DNA of 64,000 nt from Bdellovibrionales bacterium (GTDB lineage: Bacteria > Bdellovibrionota > Bdellovibrionia > Bdellovibrionales > UBA1609): the NCBI GenBank assembly GCA_965205945.1, contig CBDBIB010000002.1, positions 67,614-131,613 on the forward strand, written 5' to 3'. A program made the position numbers and the translations under genes. Below the pieces are notes generated by a model. It was not told the DNA's origin. It did not search any database and saw only the letters and a list, made by a program, of their open reading frames with translations. Positions 10,117 through 22,500 of this stretch are shown here, piece after piece; positions within the stretch are counted from its first letter, which is position 1, and each line of letters starts with the position of its first letter.

Positions 10117-10192
10117 GCGGGAGTAGCTCAATTGGTAGAGTATCAGCCTTCCAAGCTGAGGGTTGCGGGTTCGAGACCCGTCTCCCGCTCCA
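10117..10192 (+). tRNA. tRNA-Gly (anticodon UCC)
   Basis: Acceptor GCGGGAG/CTCCCGC, anticodon stem TCAGC/GCTGA, loop CTTCCAA, encoded CCA. Confidence 0.9.
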
Positions 10193-10224
10193 TTTTAAAA
10201 GGGTAAGGTGTTTAAGTTACTTAT

Positions 10225-10299
10225 GCCCATATGGCTCAGTGGTAGAGCACACCCTTGGTAAGGGTGAGGTCGAGGGTTCAATTCTCTCTATGGGCTCCA
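10225..10299 (+). tRNA. tRNA-Thr (anticodon GGU)
   Basis: Acceptor GCCCATA/TATGGGC, anticodon stem CACCC/GGGTG, loop TTGGTAA, encoded CCA. Confidence 0.9.
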
Positions 10300-10454
10300 T
10301 TATAATAATGGTTTGCTTTGGTTCTTATGCTAAGGGGAGTAAAAGATTTTAAAAATGTGTGACAAGACTCTTTTTTAATGGCACTTTTTTTTAATTGGTT
10401 TTTAAATATTAAAAACGCTATAAGCGTTTATTTTGTCATTCTAGGAGGAATAAA

Positions 10455-11645
10455 ATGGCTAAGGAAAAATTCGAGCGTAATAAGCCGCATATAAATATTG
10501 GAACTATTGGTCACGTAGACCATGGTAAGACGACTCTTACTGCTGCCATTTCTATGGTTTTAGCTGAAGCTACGGGCTCTAAGGCCATGAACTATGCTGA
10601 TATTGATAATGCTCCAGAAGAGAAAGAACGTGGAATTACAATTTCAACTTCTCACGTTGAGTATGAGACAGAGAATCGTCACTATGCTCATGTGGACTGT
10701 CCAGGTCATGCTGATTATGTAAAAAACATGATTACTGGAGCTGCACAGATGGATGGGGCTATTCTTGTTGTTAACGCCGCAGATGGCCCTATGCCACAAA
10801 CTAGAGAGCATATTTTGCTTGCTAGACAGGTTGGAGTTCCTTCTATAGTGGTTTTTTTAAACAAAGTTGATCAAGTTGATGATGCTGAACTTTTAGAGTT
10901 AGTTGAGCTTGAGATTAGAGAGCTTCTTTCTAAATATGAATACCCTGGAGACGAAGTTCCAATAATTGTAGGCTCTGCTCTTGCTGCTGTTGAAGGAAGA
11001 GACCCTTCTATTGGAAAAGATGCTATTCTTAAGCTTATGACTGAAATTGATAGATATGTTCCAGCTCCAGAAAGAGCAGTGGATTTACCTTTCTTAATGC
11101 CCATTGAGGATGTTTTTTCTATCTCTGGTCGTGGTACAGTTGTTACTGGTAGAATTGAACGTGGTGTTGTTAAAGTCGGACAAGAGATTGAAATCATAGG
11201 TATTAAAGAAACAACTAAGACTACAGTTACTGGTATTGAAATGTTTAGAAAGCTTCTTGATGAAGGTCATGCAGGTGATAATGCTGGCTGCCTATTAAGA
11301 GGTGTGAAGAAAGAAGATGTTGAAAGAGGACAGGTACTTGCTGTTCCTGATTCAATAAAACCACATAAAAAATTCAAATGTGAGGCCTATATTCTTTCTA
11401 AAGAAGAAGGGGGAAGACACACGCCATTTTTTAATGGATATCGTCCACAGTTTTACTTTAGAACTACTGATGTTACAGGTGTTGTGACTCTTAGTGCTGG
11501 TGTTGAAATGGTTATGCCTGGTGATAGAGTTGAAATGAGTTGTGAGCTTATTTGCCCAATTGCCATGGAAAAAGAACTTCGTTTTGCTATCCGGGAAGGT
11601 GGAAGAACTGTTGGAGCAGGTGTTGTAACTGAAATTGTTGAGTAA
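10455..11645 (+). CDS. tuf: elongation factor Tu
   Basis: [18 protein letters not shown] and NKVD motifs. 396 aa. AGGAGG upstream. Confidence 0.98.
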   Translation: MAKEKFERNKPHINIGTIGHVDHGKTTLTAAISMVLAEATGSKAMNYADIDNAPEEKERGITISTSHVEYETENRHYAHVDCPGHADYVKNMITGAAQMDGAILVVNAADGPMPQTREHILLARQVGVPSIVVFLNKVDQVDDAELLELVELEIRELLSKYEYPGDEVPIIVGSALAAVEGRDPSIGKDAILKLMTEIDRYVPAPERAVDLPFLMPIEDVFSISGRGTVVTGRIERGVVKVGQEIEIIGIKETTKTTVTGIEMFRKLLDEGHAGDNAGCLLRGVKKEDVERGQVLAVPDSIKPHKKFKCEAYILSKEEGGRHTPFFNGYRPQFYFRTTDVTGVVTLSAGVEMVMPGDRVEMSCELICPIAMEKELRFAIREGGRTVGAGVVTEIVE

Positions 11646-11668
11646 TATTAGTACTAAGCCCTAAATGC

Positions 11669-11700
11669 TAAAGAGTCTTTTTTTAAGGCTCTTTTTTTGA
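11669..11700 (+). terminator. possible weak intrinsic terminator/attenuator after tuf
   Basis: AAAGAGTC-loop-GGCTCTTT hairpin (one G.U pair) followed by a T-run. The stem is AT-rich. Confidence 0.35.
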
Positions 11701-11717
11701 AAATTGAAAGTTTATAA

Positions 11718-11794
11718 AGGGTAGTAGCTCTAATTGGTAGAGCAGTGGATTCCAAATCCACCGGTTGTGGGTTCGAATCCCTCCTGCCCTGCCA
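11718..11794 (+). tRNA. tRNA-Trp (anticodon CCA)
   Basis: Acceptor AGGGTAG/CTGCCCT (one G.U pair), anticodon stem GTGGA/TCCAC, loop TTCCAAA, encoded CCA. It sits in the canonical position between tuf and secE. Confidence 0.9.
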
Positions 11795-11875
11795 TTTTAA
11801 GTGCTTTTTTTTTCTAGGAAAGTGTAAGCCATGTCTCCGGTATAAATTGTAAACTATGTGTCAGGATGGACACAT

Positions 11876-11935
11876 TGTGAGAGTGTTAGAATCTAAGTCC
11901 ACTGGCTGTGGTTTGAATATCCCTTGCTTCGCCTA
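11876..11935 (+). repeat. degenerate copy of the 3' half of tRNA-Trp
   Basis: By eye, roughly 70% identity to tRNA-Trp from the anticodon arm to the 3' end (..GAATCTAAGTCCACTGGCTGTGGTTTGAATATCCCTTGCTTCGCC). No matching 5' acceptor strand. Confidence 0.55.
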
Positions 11936-12070
11936 TTTAATCAGCATAAATTGATAACTTTTTGTTTTTTAAAGGAATAGTTGGAAAACAAGTTTTTTGT
12001 TGATGATTCGAAAAAAATAACGTGACAAGGCATAGGTTTTCTGTGAGACATAAAAGCTCTGGAGTAAAAA

Positions 12071-12454
12071 TTGGATAAAGCAACGACAAATAAAATTATG
12101 ACGTTTTCCTTCTTATTGGCTGCGGTTCTTGTGTTTTGGACTGCTGGTGTTTTATTTGAGACTGCCTCTGATAGCTTTGCCGTTATAGCAAATTTTAAAG
12201 CACAGCCTATTATAAGGCACGGGTTTCCGTTTTTATGTGGTTTAGGAGTATTTTCGTGGCTTCAGTTTAGTGAGAAAAATAAAATTTTTGTTGACGAAGT
12301 GATTACTGAGACAGCTAAGGTTGTTTGGCCTTCGCTTCAAGATGTTAAGGGCATGACTATTGCGGTGACTATTATGTTGATTATATCGGGTATTATTATT
12401 TCTGGATTTGATTTTGGGGCTAGTAAGACTATAAAACTCATATTAGGTATGTAA
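12071..12454 (+). CDS. secE: preprotein translocase subunit SecE (three-TM form)
   Basis: Position between tRNA-Trp and nusG, C-terminal KVVWPS motif followed by a TM segment, TTG start after GGAG. Confidence 0.85.
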   Translation: MDKATTNKIMTFSFLLAAVLVFWTAGVLFETASDSFAVIANFKAQPIIRHGFPFLCGLGVFSWLQFSEKNKIFVDEVITETAKVVWPSLQDVKGMTIAVTIMLIISGIIISGFDFGASKTIKLILGM

Positions 12455-12459
12455 GGACA

Positions 12460-12999
12460 GTGAACGTGGATAAAAAATGGTACATTGTTAATGTTCAAAC
12501 TAGCTGTGAAGGGATTGCAAAATCTGCAATCCAAGAGCGAGTTGAAGCAAAAGGGATGGGAGATCTTTTTGGGGAAATTCTTGTTCCTACTGAAAATGTA
12601 GTTCAGCTTATTAAAGGTAAGAAGCAAAATAGGGTTAAAAAATTTTTTCCTGGTTACATTTTTATCCAAATGTTTTTAAATGATGACACTTGGCATTTAG
12701 TAAGAGGCAGTTCAAAAGTTACAGGTTTTGTTGGAAGGTCAAGTAATCAAAAACCTATGCCTGTTCCTGAGGAGCAAGTAACTCGGATTACAAATATGGA
12801 GTCTGGGGCTATTAAGTCTATAACCAAGGCTGATTTTAATGTTGGTGAGTCTGTAACGGTTATAGATGGTCCATTTAATAACTTTTCTGGAACAGTTGAA
12901 GAGATTAATGAGGATAAAGGTAAAGTTAAGGTGTCAGTGATGATTTTAGGCCGCTCGACACCTGTAGAGTTGGATTTTGTTCAAGTTGAAAGAGGTTAA
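12460..12999 (+). CDS. nusG: transcription termination/antitermination factor NusG
   Basis: KWYIVNVQT NGN domain and a C-terminal KOW domain. The start is GTG at 12460 or, with better SD spacing, GTG at 12466. Confidence 0.95.
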   Translation: MNVDKKWYIVNVQTSCEGIAKSAIQERVEAKGMGDLFGEILVPTENVVQLIKGKKQNRVKKFFPGYIFIQMFLNDDTWHLVRGSSKVTGFVGRSSNQKPMPVPEEQVTRITNMESGAIKSITKADFNVGESVTVIDGPFNNFSGTVEEINEDKGKVKVSVMILGRSTPVELDFVQVERG

Positions 13000-13064
13000 T
13001 TAAATTGTATTTTTTCCTAAATTAATTTAGGAGTACATTACAACTGTGTGTTGAGGAGTGGTAA

Positions 13065-13490
13065 ATGATAAAAAAAGTAGCAGGTGTGATTAAGCTACAG
13101 ATACCAGCAGGGAAAGCGAATCCATCGCCTCCTGTTGGACCAGCACTGGGACAACATGGTGTTAATATAATGGATTTTTGCAAACAGTTTAATGCAAAAA
13201 CTCAGGCCATGGGTGATACAATCGCTCCAGTTATTATTACTGTGTATACGGATCGTTCTTTTACATTCATCGTAAAAAGCCCACCGGTTTCAGTTTTATT
13301 AAAAAAAGCTGTAAACCTAAAGAGTGGATCTAAAATGCCTCAAAAAGACAAAGTTGGAAAAATTTCTAATGCACAAGTTGAGGAAATTGCAAAAATTAAA
13401 CTTCCTGATTTAAATTGTATAGGTCTAGAGCCTGCAATGGAACAGATTAGAGGAACGGCTAAGTCTATGGGCTTAGAGGTGGAGACTTAA
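13065..13490 (+). CDS. rplK: 50S ribosomal protein L11
   Basis: [23 protein letters not shown] motif. 141 aa. Confidence 0.97.
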   Translation: MIKKVAGVIKLQIPAGKANPSPPVGPALGQHGVNIMDFCKQFNAKTQAMGDTIAPVIITVYTDRSFTFIVKSPPVSVLLKKAVNLKSGSKMPQKDKVGKISNAQVEEIAKIKLPDLNCIGLEPAMEQIRGTAKSMGLEVET

Positions 13491-13491
13491 G

Positions 13492-14187
13492 ATGGGTAAA
13501 GTGTCTAAGAAAATGAAAGAGCTCGTAGTTAAGATTGATAAGGGTAAACAATACTCTTTAAATGAGGCTTTTAACTTAGTAATGTCTGGCAAGAGTGCTA
13601 ATTTTGATGAATCTATTGACTTCTCCATTCGTTTAGGAATTGATCCTAAACAATCGGATCAACAAGTAAGGGGGGCTGTTGCTCTTCCTAACGGTCTAGG
13701 CAAAGAGGTTAGAGTAGTTGTCTTTGCTAAGGGTCCTAAAGAGGAAGAGGCAAAAAATGCTGGAGCTGATTTTGTTGGAGCTAATGATTTGATTGAGAAA
13801 ATTCAAGGAGGGTGGCTTGAATTTGATAAAGTTTTAGCAACACCAGATATGATGGCAACTGTTACAAAAGTTTCAAAAGTTTTAGGTCCAAGAGGATTGA
13901 TGCCTAATCCAAAAGTTGGAACCGTGACTTTAAATATTGGAACAGCTGTTGAGTCAGAGAAAAAGGGGAAACTAAGTTTCAGGGTTGAGAAGAATGGTAT
14001 TCTTCATGCCTCTGTAGGTAAAAAATCTATGGGTACAGAAAAACTTAAGCAAAATGCTGCTGTATTTTTATCAGCTGTAATTAAGGCTAAGCCTGCATCA
14101 AGCAAAGGTATTTATTTAACAGGTATTGCGATGTCTTCAACTATGGGCCCTGGGGTTAAAGTTGATGTGAGGTCTGTTATTGATTAA
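13492..14187 (+). CDS. rplA: 50S ribosomal protein L1
   Basis: 231 aa, L1 family, directly follows rplK. Confidence 0.97.
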   Translation: MGKVSKKMKELVVKIDKGKQYSLNEAFNLVMSGKSANFDESIDFSIRLGIDPKQSDQQVRGAVALPNGLGKEVRVVVFAKGPKEEEAKNAGADFVGANDLIEKIQGGWLEFDKVLATPDMMATVTKVSKVLGPRGLMPNPKVGTVTLNIGTAVESEKKGKLSFRVEKNGILHASVGKKSMGTEKLKQNAAVFLSAVIKAKPASSKGIYLTGIAMSSTMGPGVKVDVRSVID

Positions 14188-14341
14188 TTTTTTTTAATTT
14201 CTCTAGCTAGCCAGAGATATATTGGTGCCCTGTTTTATAAGTTATGCAGGGTTTAAATAAGTCAAAAGACTTAGCCATGTGAGGTAAAGGGAAAAAACCT
14301 TCTTGCCTGGTTAGAGAAAATATATGAAAGGAGGTAGTAAA

Positions 14342-14860
14342 TTGTTAACACGTGAGAGAAAAGCTGAAATGATAAAAGGTCTATCTAGTAGATTTGAACG
14401 ATCTAAAGCGGCTTTTCTTGTGGACTTTAAAGGTCTTTCAGTTGAGCAAGTGACAATGTTAAGAAAGCAACTAACAAAAGTGGGGGCAGAGCTTAAAGTG
14501 GTACGTAATACCCTTGCAGTAAGAGCTTTAGCTGATCATAAAATTGAAAGTGGCGTTTTAGAGTCGAAACTTGTTGGAACGAATGCTTTTGTGTTTGCCT
14601 ACGAAGAGGTTTCAGCACCAGCAAAGACTCTAACACAACTTGCAAAGGATATGGAAAATTTAAAGATCAAATCTGGTGTTATGGGTGGGGAAGAACTTGA
14701 TGATAATAAAATTAAGTTCTTATCAACTCTTCCGGGGAAAAATGAGCTTAGAGCAATATTGTTAAGAACTTTGCAAGCTCCGGCTAGTCAATTTGTTCGT
14801 GTTTTAAATGCTGTCCCACAAGGAGTGGTAACAGTTCTTAAAGCTTATGCTGAAAAATAA
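14342..14860 (+). CDS. rplJ: 50S ribosomal protein L10
   Basis: L10 family. TTG at 14342 lies 7 nt after AAGGAGG and gives the usual MLTRERK start. The track ATG at 14324 would place the SD inside the coding sequence. Confidence 0.9.
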   Translation: MLTRERKAEMIKGLSSRFERSKAAFLVDFKGLSVEQVTMLRKQLTKVGAELKVVRNTLAVRALADHKIESGVLESKLVGTNAFVFAYEEVSAPAKTLTQLAKDMENLKIKSGVMGGEELDDNKIKFLSTLPGKNELRAILLRTLQAPASQFVRVLNAVPQGVVTVLKAYAEK

Positions 14861-14903
14861 ATAAATAAATTTAAAAGTTATAAAAAATATTGGAGAAAAT
14901 AAA

Positions 14904-15269
14904 ATGACTGATTTAAATAAAATTGTGGATGAATTATCAACGCTACCTGTTTTAGAAGTAGCTGAACTAATTAAAATGCTTGAAGAAAAATGGGGGGTTT
15001 CTGCTGCAGCACCTGTTGCTGCTGCTGCTAACCCTGCTGCTGGGGCTGTTGAGGAGAAAACAGAATTTGATGTTATTCTTACAAGTGTTGGTTCAAGTAA
15101 AATTAATGTGATTAAAGAGGTGAGATCACTTACTGGATTAGGTCTTAAAGAAGCAAAAGATTTAGTTGAAGCAGCTCCTAAGGCTGTAAAGGAAGCGGTT
15201 AATAAAGAAGAGTCTGTAAAGATTAAAGAAGCTTTAGAAAAAGCTGGAGCAACTGTAGAAGTTAAATAA
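14904..15269 (+). CDS. rplL: 50S ribosomal protein L7/L12
   Basis: Ala-rich hinge and a C-terminal [13 protein letters not shown] motif. Confidence 0.97.
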   Translation: MTDLNKIVDELSTLPVLEVAELIKMLEEKWGVSAAAPVAAAANPAAGAVEEKTEFDVILTSVGSSKINVIKEVRSLTGLGLKEAKDLVEAAPKAVKEAVNKEESVKIKEALEKAGATVEVK

Positions 15270-15298
15270 TTTCATCACAGTTGATGTAATTTACTTTA

Positions 15299-15335
15299 AA
15301 CCAGAGCCGCCCTTTAGAGCTCTGGTTGCTTTGGT
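15299..15335 (+). terminator. rplL-rpoB intergenic hairpin (possible attenuator)
   Basis: AACCAGAGC-N11-GCTCTGGTT 9-bp stem followed by GCTTTGGTTT. An attenuator at this position is known in E. coli. Confidence 0.4.
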
Positions 15336-15400
15336 TTAAAGAGAGCAAGAACTTTTTGTGTTTAATTTAAATCGTAACTTTAAAAAAATGGAGATAAAAT

Positions 15401-18400
15401 ATGGCTAAGAATGCAGTCACAGCTTCTAACCTCAGATTAAGAAAGAGTTTCTCTAAAAATAGTGTCGTAATTGACATCCCAAATTTAATTTTACTACAAA
15501 AGCAATCATACGAAAAATTTCTTCAAAAAGATGCTGATTCTGAAAGAAGAGAGGAGTTTGGTCTTCAGTCTGTATTTCAGTCTGTATTTCCAATTTCTGA
15601 TTTTAATGGAACATCTAATTTAGAGTTTGTTAATTATACCCTTGAACCGCCTAAGTATGATGTTGATGAGTGTAGACAAAGAGGGATGACATTTGCCTCC
15701 CCACTAAAAGTAACATTACGTTTAATTGTTTTTGAAGTTGATGAAGTTACTGATGCTCGTTCTATTAGGGATGTAAAAGAGCAAGAGGTATATTTAGGTG
15801 AAATTCCGCTTATGACAACAAATGGATCATTTATTATAAATGGAACAGAAAGAGTTGTTGTAAGTCAATTACACCGTTCACCAGGTGTTTTCTTTGACCA
15901 TGATGGTGGAAAGGGAAGTACAACAGGAAAATTTTTGTACAATGCACGGGTCATTCCTTATAGAGGGTCTTGGTTAGATTTTGAGTTTGATCAAAAAGAC
16001 CTTCTTTATTGTAGAATTGATAGGAGAAGAAAATTTCCTGTAACAATTTTATTAAAAGCTTTAGGCTATAACGATGAAGAATTACTACAGTTTTTCTATG
16101 ATTTAGATAAAGTTATTTTTGAAAATGGAAAATACTTTAGATATATTAGTGTTGAAAAATTATCAGGTCAAAGAGCAATTTCTGATATTAAAGATCCAAA
16201 AACTAATGAAGTTTTAGTTAAAGCTGGGCGTCGTATTACGCGTGCTTTAGTTAAAAAGATGGAAGCTGTTAATTTGGAAAGAATTGAAGTTTCTACTGAA
16301 GATATGATTGGTAAAACTTTAGCAAGGCCTATTGTTGATCTTACTACAGGTGAGGTTTTGGCTGATACAAATACAGAAACAACAGCTGATTTATTAGAGT
16401 TGGTAAAATCTGTAGGAGTGTCGGAATTTTCGGTAATCTTTTTTGATGGTTTATCAGTAGGTCCTTATCTTAGAAACACTCTTTTAATTGATAAGGTTTC
16501 GACTAAGGATGAAGCTCTTGTAGAGATTTATAAACGTTTGCGCCCAGGAGAACCTCCGACAATTGAAGCAGCGGCGGCTTTTTTTAAGCGTTTATTCTTT
16601 GACCCAGAAACCTATGATTTAAGTGAGGTGGGTCGCTTAAAAATCAATCATAGATTCGGATTTGATAGTGGTAATAAATCTTTAGAACTTCAAACGCTAA
16701 CTCAAGATGGTATTATGGCTGTTGTTAAGACTTTGATTGATCTTAAAAATGGTCAAGGAAAAGTTGATGATATTGATCATCTTGGTAACAGAAGAGTGCG
16801 TTCGGTTGGTGAGCTTTTAGAAAATCAATATAGAATCGGTCTTGTTAGAATGGAACGTTCAATTAAAGAAAGAATGAGCCTTCAAGATTTAGAGACAATG
16901 ATGCCACATGATTTAGTTAATGCTAAACCTGTAAATGCAGTTGTTAAAGAATTTTTTGGATCTAGCCAGCTTTCTCAATTTATGGATCAAACAAATCCAC
17001 TTTCTGAAATTACTCATAAAAGAAGACTTTCTGCTCTAGGTCCAGGGGGGTTAACTAGAGACAGGGCTGGTTTTGAAGTTCGTGACGTACATCCTACGCA
17101 TTATGGTCGTATTTGTCCCATTGAAACTCCGGAGGGGCCCAATATTGGTCTGATCGCCTCACTTGCTACATATGCAAGGATTAACAAACATGGATTTATT
17201 GAAACCCCTTATAGAGAGGTTGTGGAAGGTAAGGTATCTTCTGAAATTAAATATTTTTCTGCACTTGATGAATTTGGGAAAACAATTGCTCAGGTTGATA
17301 GGGATGAGAGGAAAACAGATAAGATTATAAAAGATAAAGTTAATGTTAGGCATGATGGAGAATATGAAATTCTTGATAAGAACTGCGTATCTTTAATGGA
17401 TGTATCGCCAAGTCAGTTGGTGTCTATTGCTGCATCGTTGATTCCTTTTTTGGAACATGATGATGCAAATAGAGCTTTAATGGGATCAAACATGCAGCGT
17501 CAGGCCGTTCCGTTAATGAGATCTAAAGCTCCACTAGTAGGAACTGGTGTTGAAAGGCTTGTAGCTAAAGACTCTGGAACATCTATTGTTGCAATGAACG
17601 ATGGTGTTGTTGAAGAGGTGGATGCATCTAGGATAGTGATAAGAAGGTTTGCAAGAGCTGGAGAACTTGGGGCGAATATTGATATTTATAATTTGACAAA
17701 ATACCAAAGGACCAACCAAAATACTTCGTTTAATCAAAAACCAATCGTTAATCTTGGTGATGTAGTTAAAAAAAATAATGTTGTTGCAGATGGTCCATCT
17801 ACTGAGCTTGGTGAATTGGCTTTAGGCCAAAATATTTTAGTCGCATTCACACCTTGGATGGGTTATAATTATGAGGATTCAATTCTTATTTCTGAAAGAC
17901 TCATTAAAGATGATGTGTACACATCAGTTCACATTGAAGAGTTTGAGTGTGTTGCAAGAGATACTAAGCTTGGAAAAGAAGAGATAACTAGAGATATTGC
18001 AAATGTTGGTGAAGAGGCTTTATCAGAGCTAGATTCTTCAGGTATCATTAGAATTGGTGCCGAAGTAACTCCGGGAGATATTTTAGTCGGTAAAGTGACT
18101 CCTAAGGGGGAGACTCAGCTTTCTCCAGAAGAAAAGCTTTTAAGAGCAATTTTTGGCGAAAAAGCTGGGGATGTTAGAGACAGTTCATTAAGAGTACCAT
18201 CTGGAGTTCAAGGCACTATAATTGATGCTCAAGTTTATTCAAGAGATGCAACTAATCAGAGTGAACGATTGCTATCAATTTTAAATGATAAGAAAATCAA
18301 GCTTGAAAAAGATCATGGCATTGAACAAAATGTAATTAAAAACGCAGCTTTAGATAAGCTTAAGACTTTGTTAATTGGTAAAAAAATAATTGGTGAACTC

Positions 18401-19564
18401 TTAAATGAAGATGGATCTAAAGTCTTATTAAATGAGGGTGATATAATTACAGGTGAAGATCTTGAGAGTATTCCATTTGGGCTTTTAAGCTATTTACCAC
18501 TTGCTTCTGAAATCGAGCAACAGGTTGTTTATATTGTTGATGGCGCAAGAAATAAGCTTGAGGCCATTAAAATGGTTTTTGAAGACAAGATTGAAAATCT
18601 GTATAAAGGTGATGAGCTTCCTCCAGGCGTTGTAAAGATGGTTAAAGTTTATGTTGCAATTAAACGTAAGCTGCAAGTTGGTGATAAATTTGCCGGTCGT
18701 CACGGTAATAAAGGGGTTATTTCTAGAGTTATGCCTGTAGAAGATATGCCTTATTTAGAAAACGGAACTCCTGTTGATATGGTTTTAAATCCACTAGGGG
18801 TGCCTTCTCGTATGAACATTGGTCAGATCTTAGAGATTCATTCAGGTATGGCAGCTAGAACACTAGGTGTTCAGATTGGTGATATGCTTGAAGATTTTAA
18901 TGCAGATCAAGTAAGGGAAAAACTTAAAATTTCTTACTCAGATGATGTTATTTCAAAAAAGATCAATAGTGCAGATGACAATTCAATTAAGAAGATGGCT
19001 ATTAAAGTTAAAGATGGAATTCATTTAGCAACACCAGTTTTTGATGGTGCTAGAGAGTTTGAAATTAAAGAAATTTTAGCTCGTGCAGGACTTTCTACAA
19101 CAGGTCAATCATTATTATTTGATGGAAGAACAGGGGAGGCCTTTGAAAACCCAGTTACTGTTGGAATCATGTATATGCTAAAACTCCACCACTTGGTTGA
19201 AGAAAAAATTCATGCCAGATCTATCGGTCCATATTCACTAGTATCTCAACAGCCATTAGGTGGTAAGGCGCAATTTGGTGGACAAAGACTTGGAGAGATG
19301 GAGGTCTGGGCCATTGAAGCATATGGAGCAGCATATTGTTTACAGGAATTCTTAACAGTTAAATCAGACGATGTGGCTGGTAGGACTAGAATGTATGAGA
19401 GTATTGTTAAAGGTGAGTATGTATTAGAGCCAGGTCTTCCTGAGTCTTTTAATGTGCTTCTTAAGGAATTACAGTCTTTAGCGCTAGATGTGCAATTAGT
19501 AGAATCAAATGTTTTATCTGATGATGAAGTAGATGCTGTTAAACCTCAACTAGAATTACAATAA
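15401..19564 (+). CDS. rpoB: DNA-directed RNA polymerase subunit beta
   Basis: 1387 aa. Contains [25 protein letters not shown] and other conserved blocks. Confidence 0.99.
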   Translation: MAKNAVTASNLRLRKSFSKNSVVIDIPNLILLQKQSYEKFLQKDADSERREEFGLQSVFQSVFPISDFNGTSNLEFVNYTLEPPKYDVDECRQRGMTFASPLKVTLRLIVFEVDEVTDARSIRDVKEQEVYLGEIPLMTTNGSFIINGTERVVVSQLHRSPGVFFDHDGGKGSTTGKFLYNARVIPYRGSWLDFEFDQKDLLYCRIDRRRKFPVTILLKALGYNDEELLQFFYDLDKVIFENGKYFRYISVEKLSGQRAISDIKDPKTNEVLVKAGRRITRALVKKMEAVNLERIEVSTEDMIGKTLARPIVDLTTGEVLADTNTETTADLLELVKSVGVSEFSVIFFDGLSVGPYLRNTLLIDKVSTKDEALVEIYKRLRPGEPPTIEAAAAFFKRLFFDPETYDLSEVGRLKINHRFGFDSGNKSLELQTLTQDGIMAVVKTLIDLKNGQGKVDDIDHLGNRRVRSVGELLENQYRIGLVRMERSIKERMSLQDLETMMPHDLVNAKPVNAVVKEFFGSSQLSQFMDQTNPLSEITHKRRLSALGPGGLTRDRAGFEVRDVHPTHYGRICPIETPEGPNIGLIASLATYARINKHGFIETPYREVVEGKVSSEIKYFSALDEFGKTIAQVDRDERKTDKIIKDKVNVRHDGEYEILDKNCVSLMDVSPSQLVSIAASLIPFLEHDDANRALMGSNMQRQAVPLMRSKAPLVGTGVERLVAKDSGTSIVAMNDGVVEEVDASRIVIRRFARAGELGANIDIYNLTKYQRTNQNTSFNQKPIVNLGDVVKKNNVVADGPSTELGELALGQNILVAFTPWMGYNYEDSILISERLIKDDVYTSVHIEEFECVARDTKLGKEEITRDIANVGEEALSELDSSGIIRIGAEVTPGDILVGKVTPKGETQLSPEEKLLRAIFGEKAGDVRDSSLRVPSGVQGTIIDAQVYSRDATNQSERLLSILNDKKIKLEKDHGIEQNVIKNAALDKLKTLLIGKKIIGELLNEDGSKVLLNEGDIITGEDLESIPFGLLSYLPLASEIEQQVVYIVDGARNKLEAIKMVFEDKIENLYKGDELPPGVVKMVKVYVAIKRKLQVGDKFAGRHGNKGVISRVMPVEDMPYLENGTPVDMVLNPLGVPSRMNIGQILEIHSGMAARTLGVQIGDMLEDFNADQVREKLKISYSDDVISKKINSADDNSIKKMAIKVKDGIHLATPVFDGAREFEIKEILARAGLSTTGQSLLFDGRTGEAFENPVTVGIMYMLKLHHLVEEKIHARSIGPYSLVSQQPLGGKAQFGGQRLGEMEVWAIEAYGAAYCLQEFLTVKSDDVAGRTRMYESIVKGEYVLEPGLPESFNVLLKELQSLALDVQLVESNVLSDDEVDAVKPQLELQ

Positions 19565-19579
19565 GTAAGGAGTTAGAAA

Positions 19580-22500
19580 TTGAAAGATTTATTAAACTTT
19601 TTTGATAAACCAAAAGATCCATTAGCCTTTGAAGGTGTTAAAATTGGTTTAGCTTCCCCAGAGCTTATTCAAAGCTGGTCGTTTGGTGAAGTTAAAAAAC
19701 CTGAGACGATTAATTATAGAACGTTTAAACCTGAAAGAGAGGGTTTGTTCTGTGCTAAGATTTTTGGGCCAATTAAAGATTATGAGTGTTTATGTGGAAA
19801 GTATAAGAGAATGAAATTTCGTGGTGTTGTTTGTGAAAAATGTGGTGTTGAGGTGACTCAATCTAAAGTGCGCCGTGAACGTATGGGTCATATTGAACTT
19901 GCATCTCCAGTTGCTCATATTTGGTTTTTAAGATCACTTCCAAGTAGAATTGGAAACATTCTTAATTTAACATTAAAAGATGTAGAAAGAGTTCTTTATT
20001 GTGAAGCTTATGTGGTTATTGATCCAATGGAGACAACATTAGAAGAGTCTCAAGTTCTTGGGGAAGAAGCTTACCAAGCTGCTTTAGAGGAGTTTGGCCC
20101 CAATTTTCATGCTGATATTGGAGGCAATGCAATTTCAGAGCTTCTTAAAAAAGTTGATGTTGAGTACTTATCTAAAAAACTTAGGATGGAGCTTAAAGAA
20201 GTTAAATCTGAAGCGGCAACTAAGAAACTAACTAAAAGACTAAAGGTTTTAGAGGCTTTTAAAGGTACAGTAAATAAGCCTGTGTGGATGATGCTACAAA
20301 ATGTTCCGGTAATTCCACCAGACCTAAGACCTTTAGTGCCTTTAGATGGTGGTCGCTTTGCAACTTCTGATTTAAACGATCTTTACAGACGAGTAATTAA
20401 TAGAAATAACCGTTTAAAAAGGTTACAAGAGCTAAATGCTCCTGATGTTATTATTAGAAATGAAAAAAGAATGCTACAAGAAGCTGTGGATGCGCTTCTT
20501 GATAATGGAAGGCGAGGCAAAACTTTTACTGGTCCAAATAAAAGGCCTCTTAAATCTTTAAGCGATATGCTTAAAGGCAAACAGGGTAGATTTAGGCAAA
20601 ATTTGTTAGGCAAGCGTGTGGATTATTCTGGGCGTTCAGTTATTGTTGTCGGTCCAAATTTAAAGCTCCATCAATGTGGTCTTCCAAAGAAAATGGCTCT
20701 TGAACTATTTAAACCATTTATTTTTGCAAAGCTTGAAGAACGTGGTTTTGCTACTACAATTAAGCAGGCTAAAAAATTAGTTGAAGAGCAGACTGTAGAA
20801 GTTTGGGATATTTTATCTGAAGTGGTTAAAGAACATCCGGTCATGTTAAACAGAGCACCTACTCTTCATAGGCTTGGTGTTCAGGCATTTGAGCCTGTTT
20901 TACATGAAGGAAAGGCAATTCGTCTACACCCTCTTGTATGTACAGCGTTTAATGCTGATTTTGATGGTGATCAAATGGCTGTACATGTGCCGTTATCTGT
21001 TGAAGCACAGGTTGAAGCACGTGTGCTTATGATGTCAACAAATAATATCTTGTCTCCTGCAAATGGTAGACCAGTAATTAATCCCACACAGGATATTGTT
21101 TTAGGTTGTTATTGGATGACAAGAATTAAGCCTGGAGCAAAAGGTACGGGTAAACTTTTTGGAAACGTAAATGAAGTTCTTTATGCTTATGAAGCAAAGA
21201 ATGTGGATTTACAAGCAGCTATTAAGGTTAGAGTTCATGGAAAAATTTATGATACATCTGTTGGAAGAGCTATTTTTAGTGATATTCTTCCTTTAGAGGT
21301 TCCTTTTAATGAAATCAATAAACCATTAGATAAGAAAGAGCTTGCTAGTGTGATTGATAAATCATTTAGACTTGCTGGCGGCAAAGCTACGGCAATTTTA
21401 GCAGACAATATTATGGAAAAAGGCTTTACCTATTCAACTAAAGCAGGGATTTCAATTTGCCTTGATGACTTAAAGATTCCTGAGGCAAAAACTAAAATGA
21501 TTCAAACTGCTGAAAATGAGGTTTTAGAGATTCAAGGGCAGTACGATGAAGGTTTAATCACTGACGGTGAACGCTATAATAAAGTTGTAGATATATGGGC
21601 TCAAACTGGTGATAAAGTGGCCAAAGAAATGATGAGGCATATTGAAAAAGAAGAGTTTAATGTAAATGGTGAAACTGTTATAGGGGATAGTTTTAATTCA
21701 ATTTTTGTTATGGCAGACTCTGGAGCAAGAGGTTCAGCTGCACAGATTAGACAACTTGCAGGTATGAGGGGTTTGATGGCTAAACCATCTGGTGAGATCA
21801 TTGAAACACCAATTACTGCAAATTTTAGAGAAGGTTTATCAGTGCTTCAATACTTTATTTCTACCCATGGTGCACGAAAGGGACTTGCCGATACAGCACT
21901 TAAGACAGCAAATTCAGGCTATTTAACAAGAAGGCTTGTAGATGTGGCTCAAGATGTGATTGTTACCCAGCAAGATTGTGGAACAACTGATGGAATGGCA
22001 CTTGTGCCGTTAATGGAGGGTGGAGAAATCATTCAACCGTTAAGTGAAAGAGTGCTTGGTCGTACCTGCATGGAAGATGTTAAAGATCCATATAGTGAAG
22101 AGGTTCTTGTAGAGGCGGGTGAAGAAATCGCTGAAGGTCATATTGAGAAAATAGATAAAGCTGGCGTTATTAAAGTTATGATTAGATCAGTATTAACTTG
22201 TAAATCTAGACGAGGCGTTTGTGTTAAATGTTACGGTCGTGACTTATCTCGTGGAACAACGGTTAACCTTGGTGAAACTGTTGGTATTATAGCAGCACAG
22301 TCTATTGGTGAACCGGGGACACAACTTACAATGAGGACATTTCATGTGGGTGGTACAGCAACTAGAGCTGTTGAGCAGTCAGTTCATATTTCTAGAATGG
22401 ATGCACTGTTTAAATTAGAAGGTGTTTCCACGGTTACTAATAAAGATGGAAAGCTTGTTTCTATGAATAGAAGTGGATATATTTTGCTTATTGATCCTGA

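Noticed and set aside
9982-10352. Two overlapping plus-strand ORFs (74 and 95 aa) upstream of tuf.
   Set aside because: They run straight through four well-folding tRNA genes and are not coding.
11884-11900. The tRNA-Trp ghost would present a CUA (amber-reading) triplet at the anticodon position, raising the idea of a suppressor tRNA.
   Set aside because: The anticodon stem pairs at only 3/5 positions and there is no 5' acceptor strand, so it cannot fold into a tRNA.
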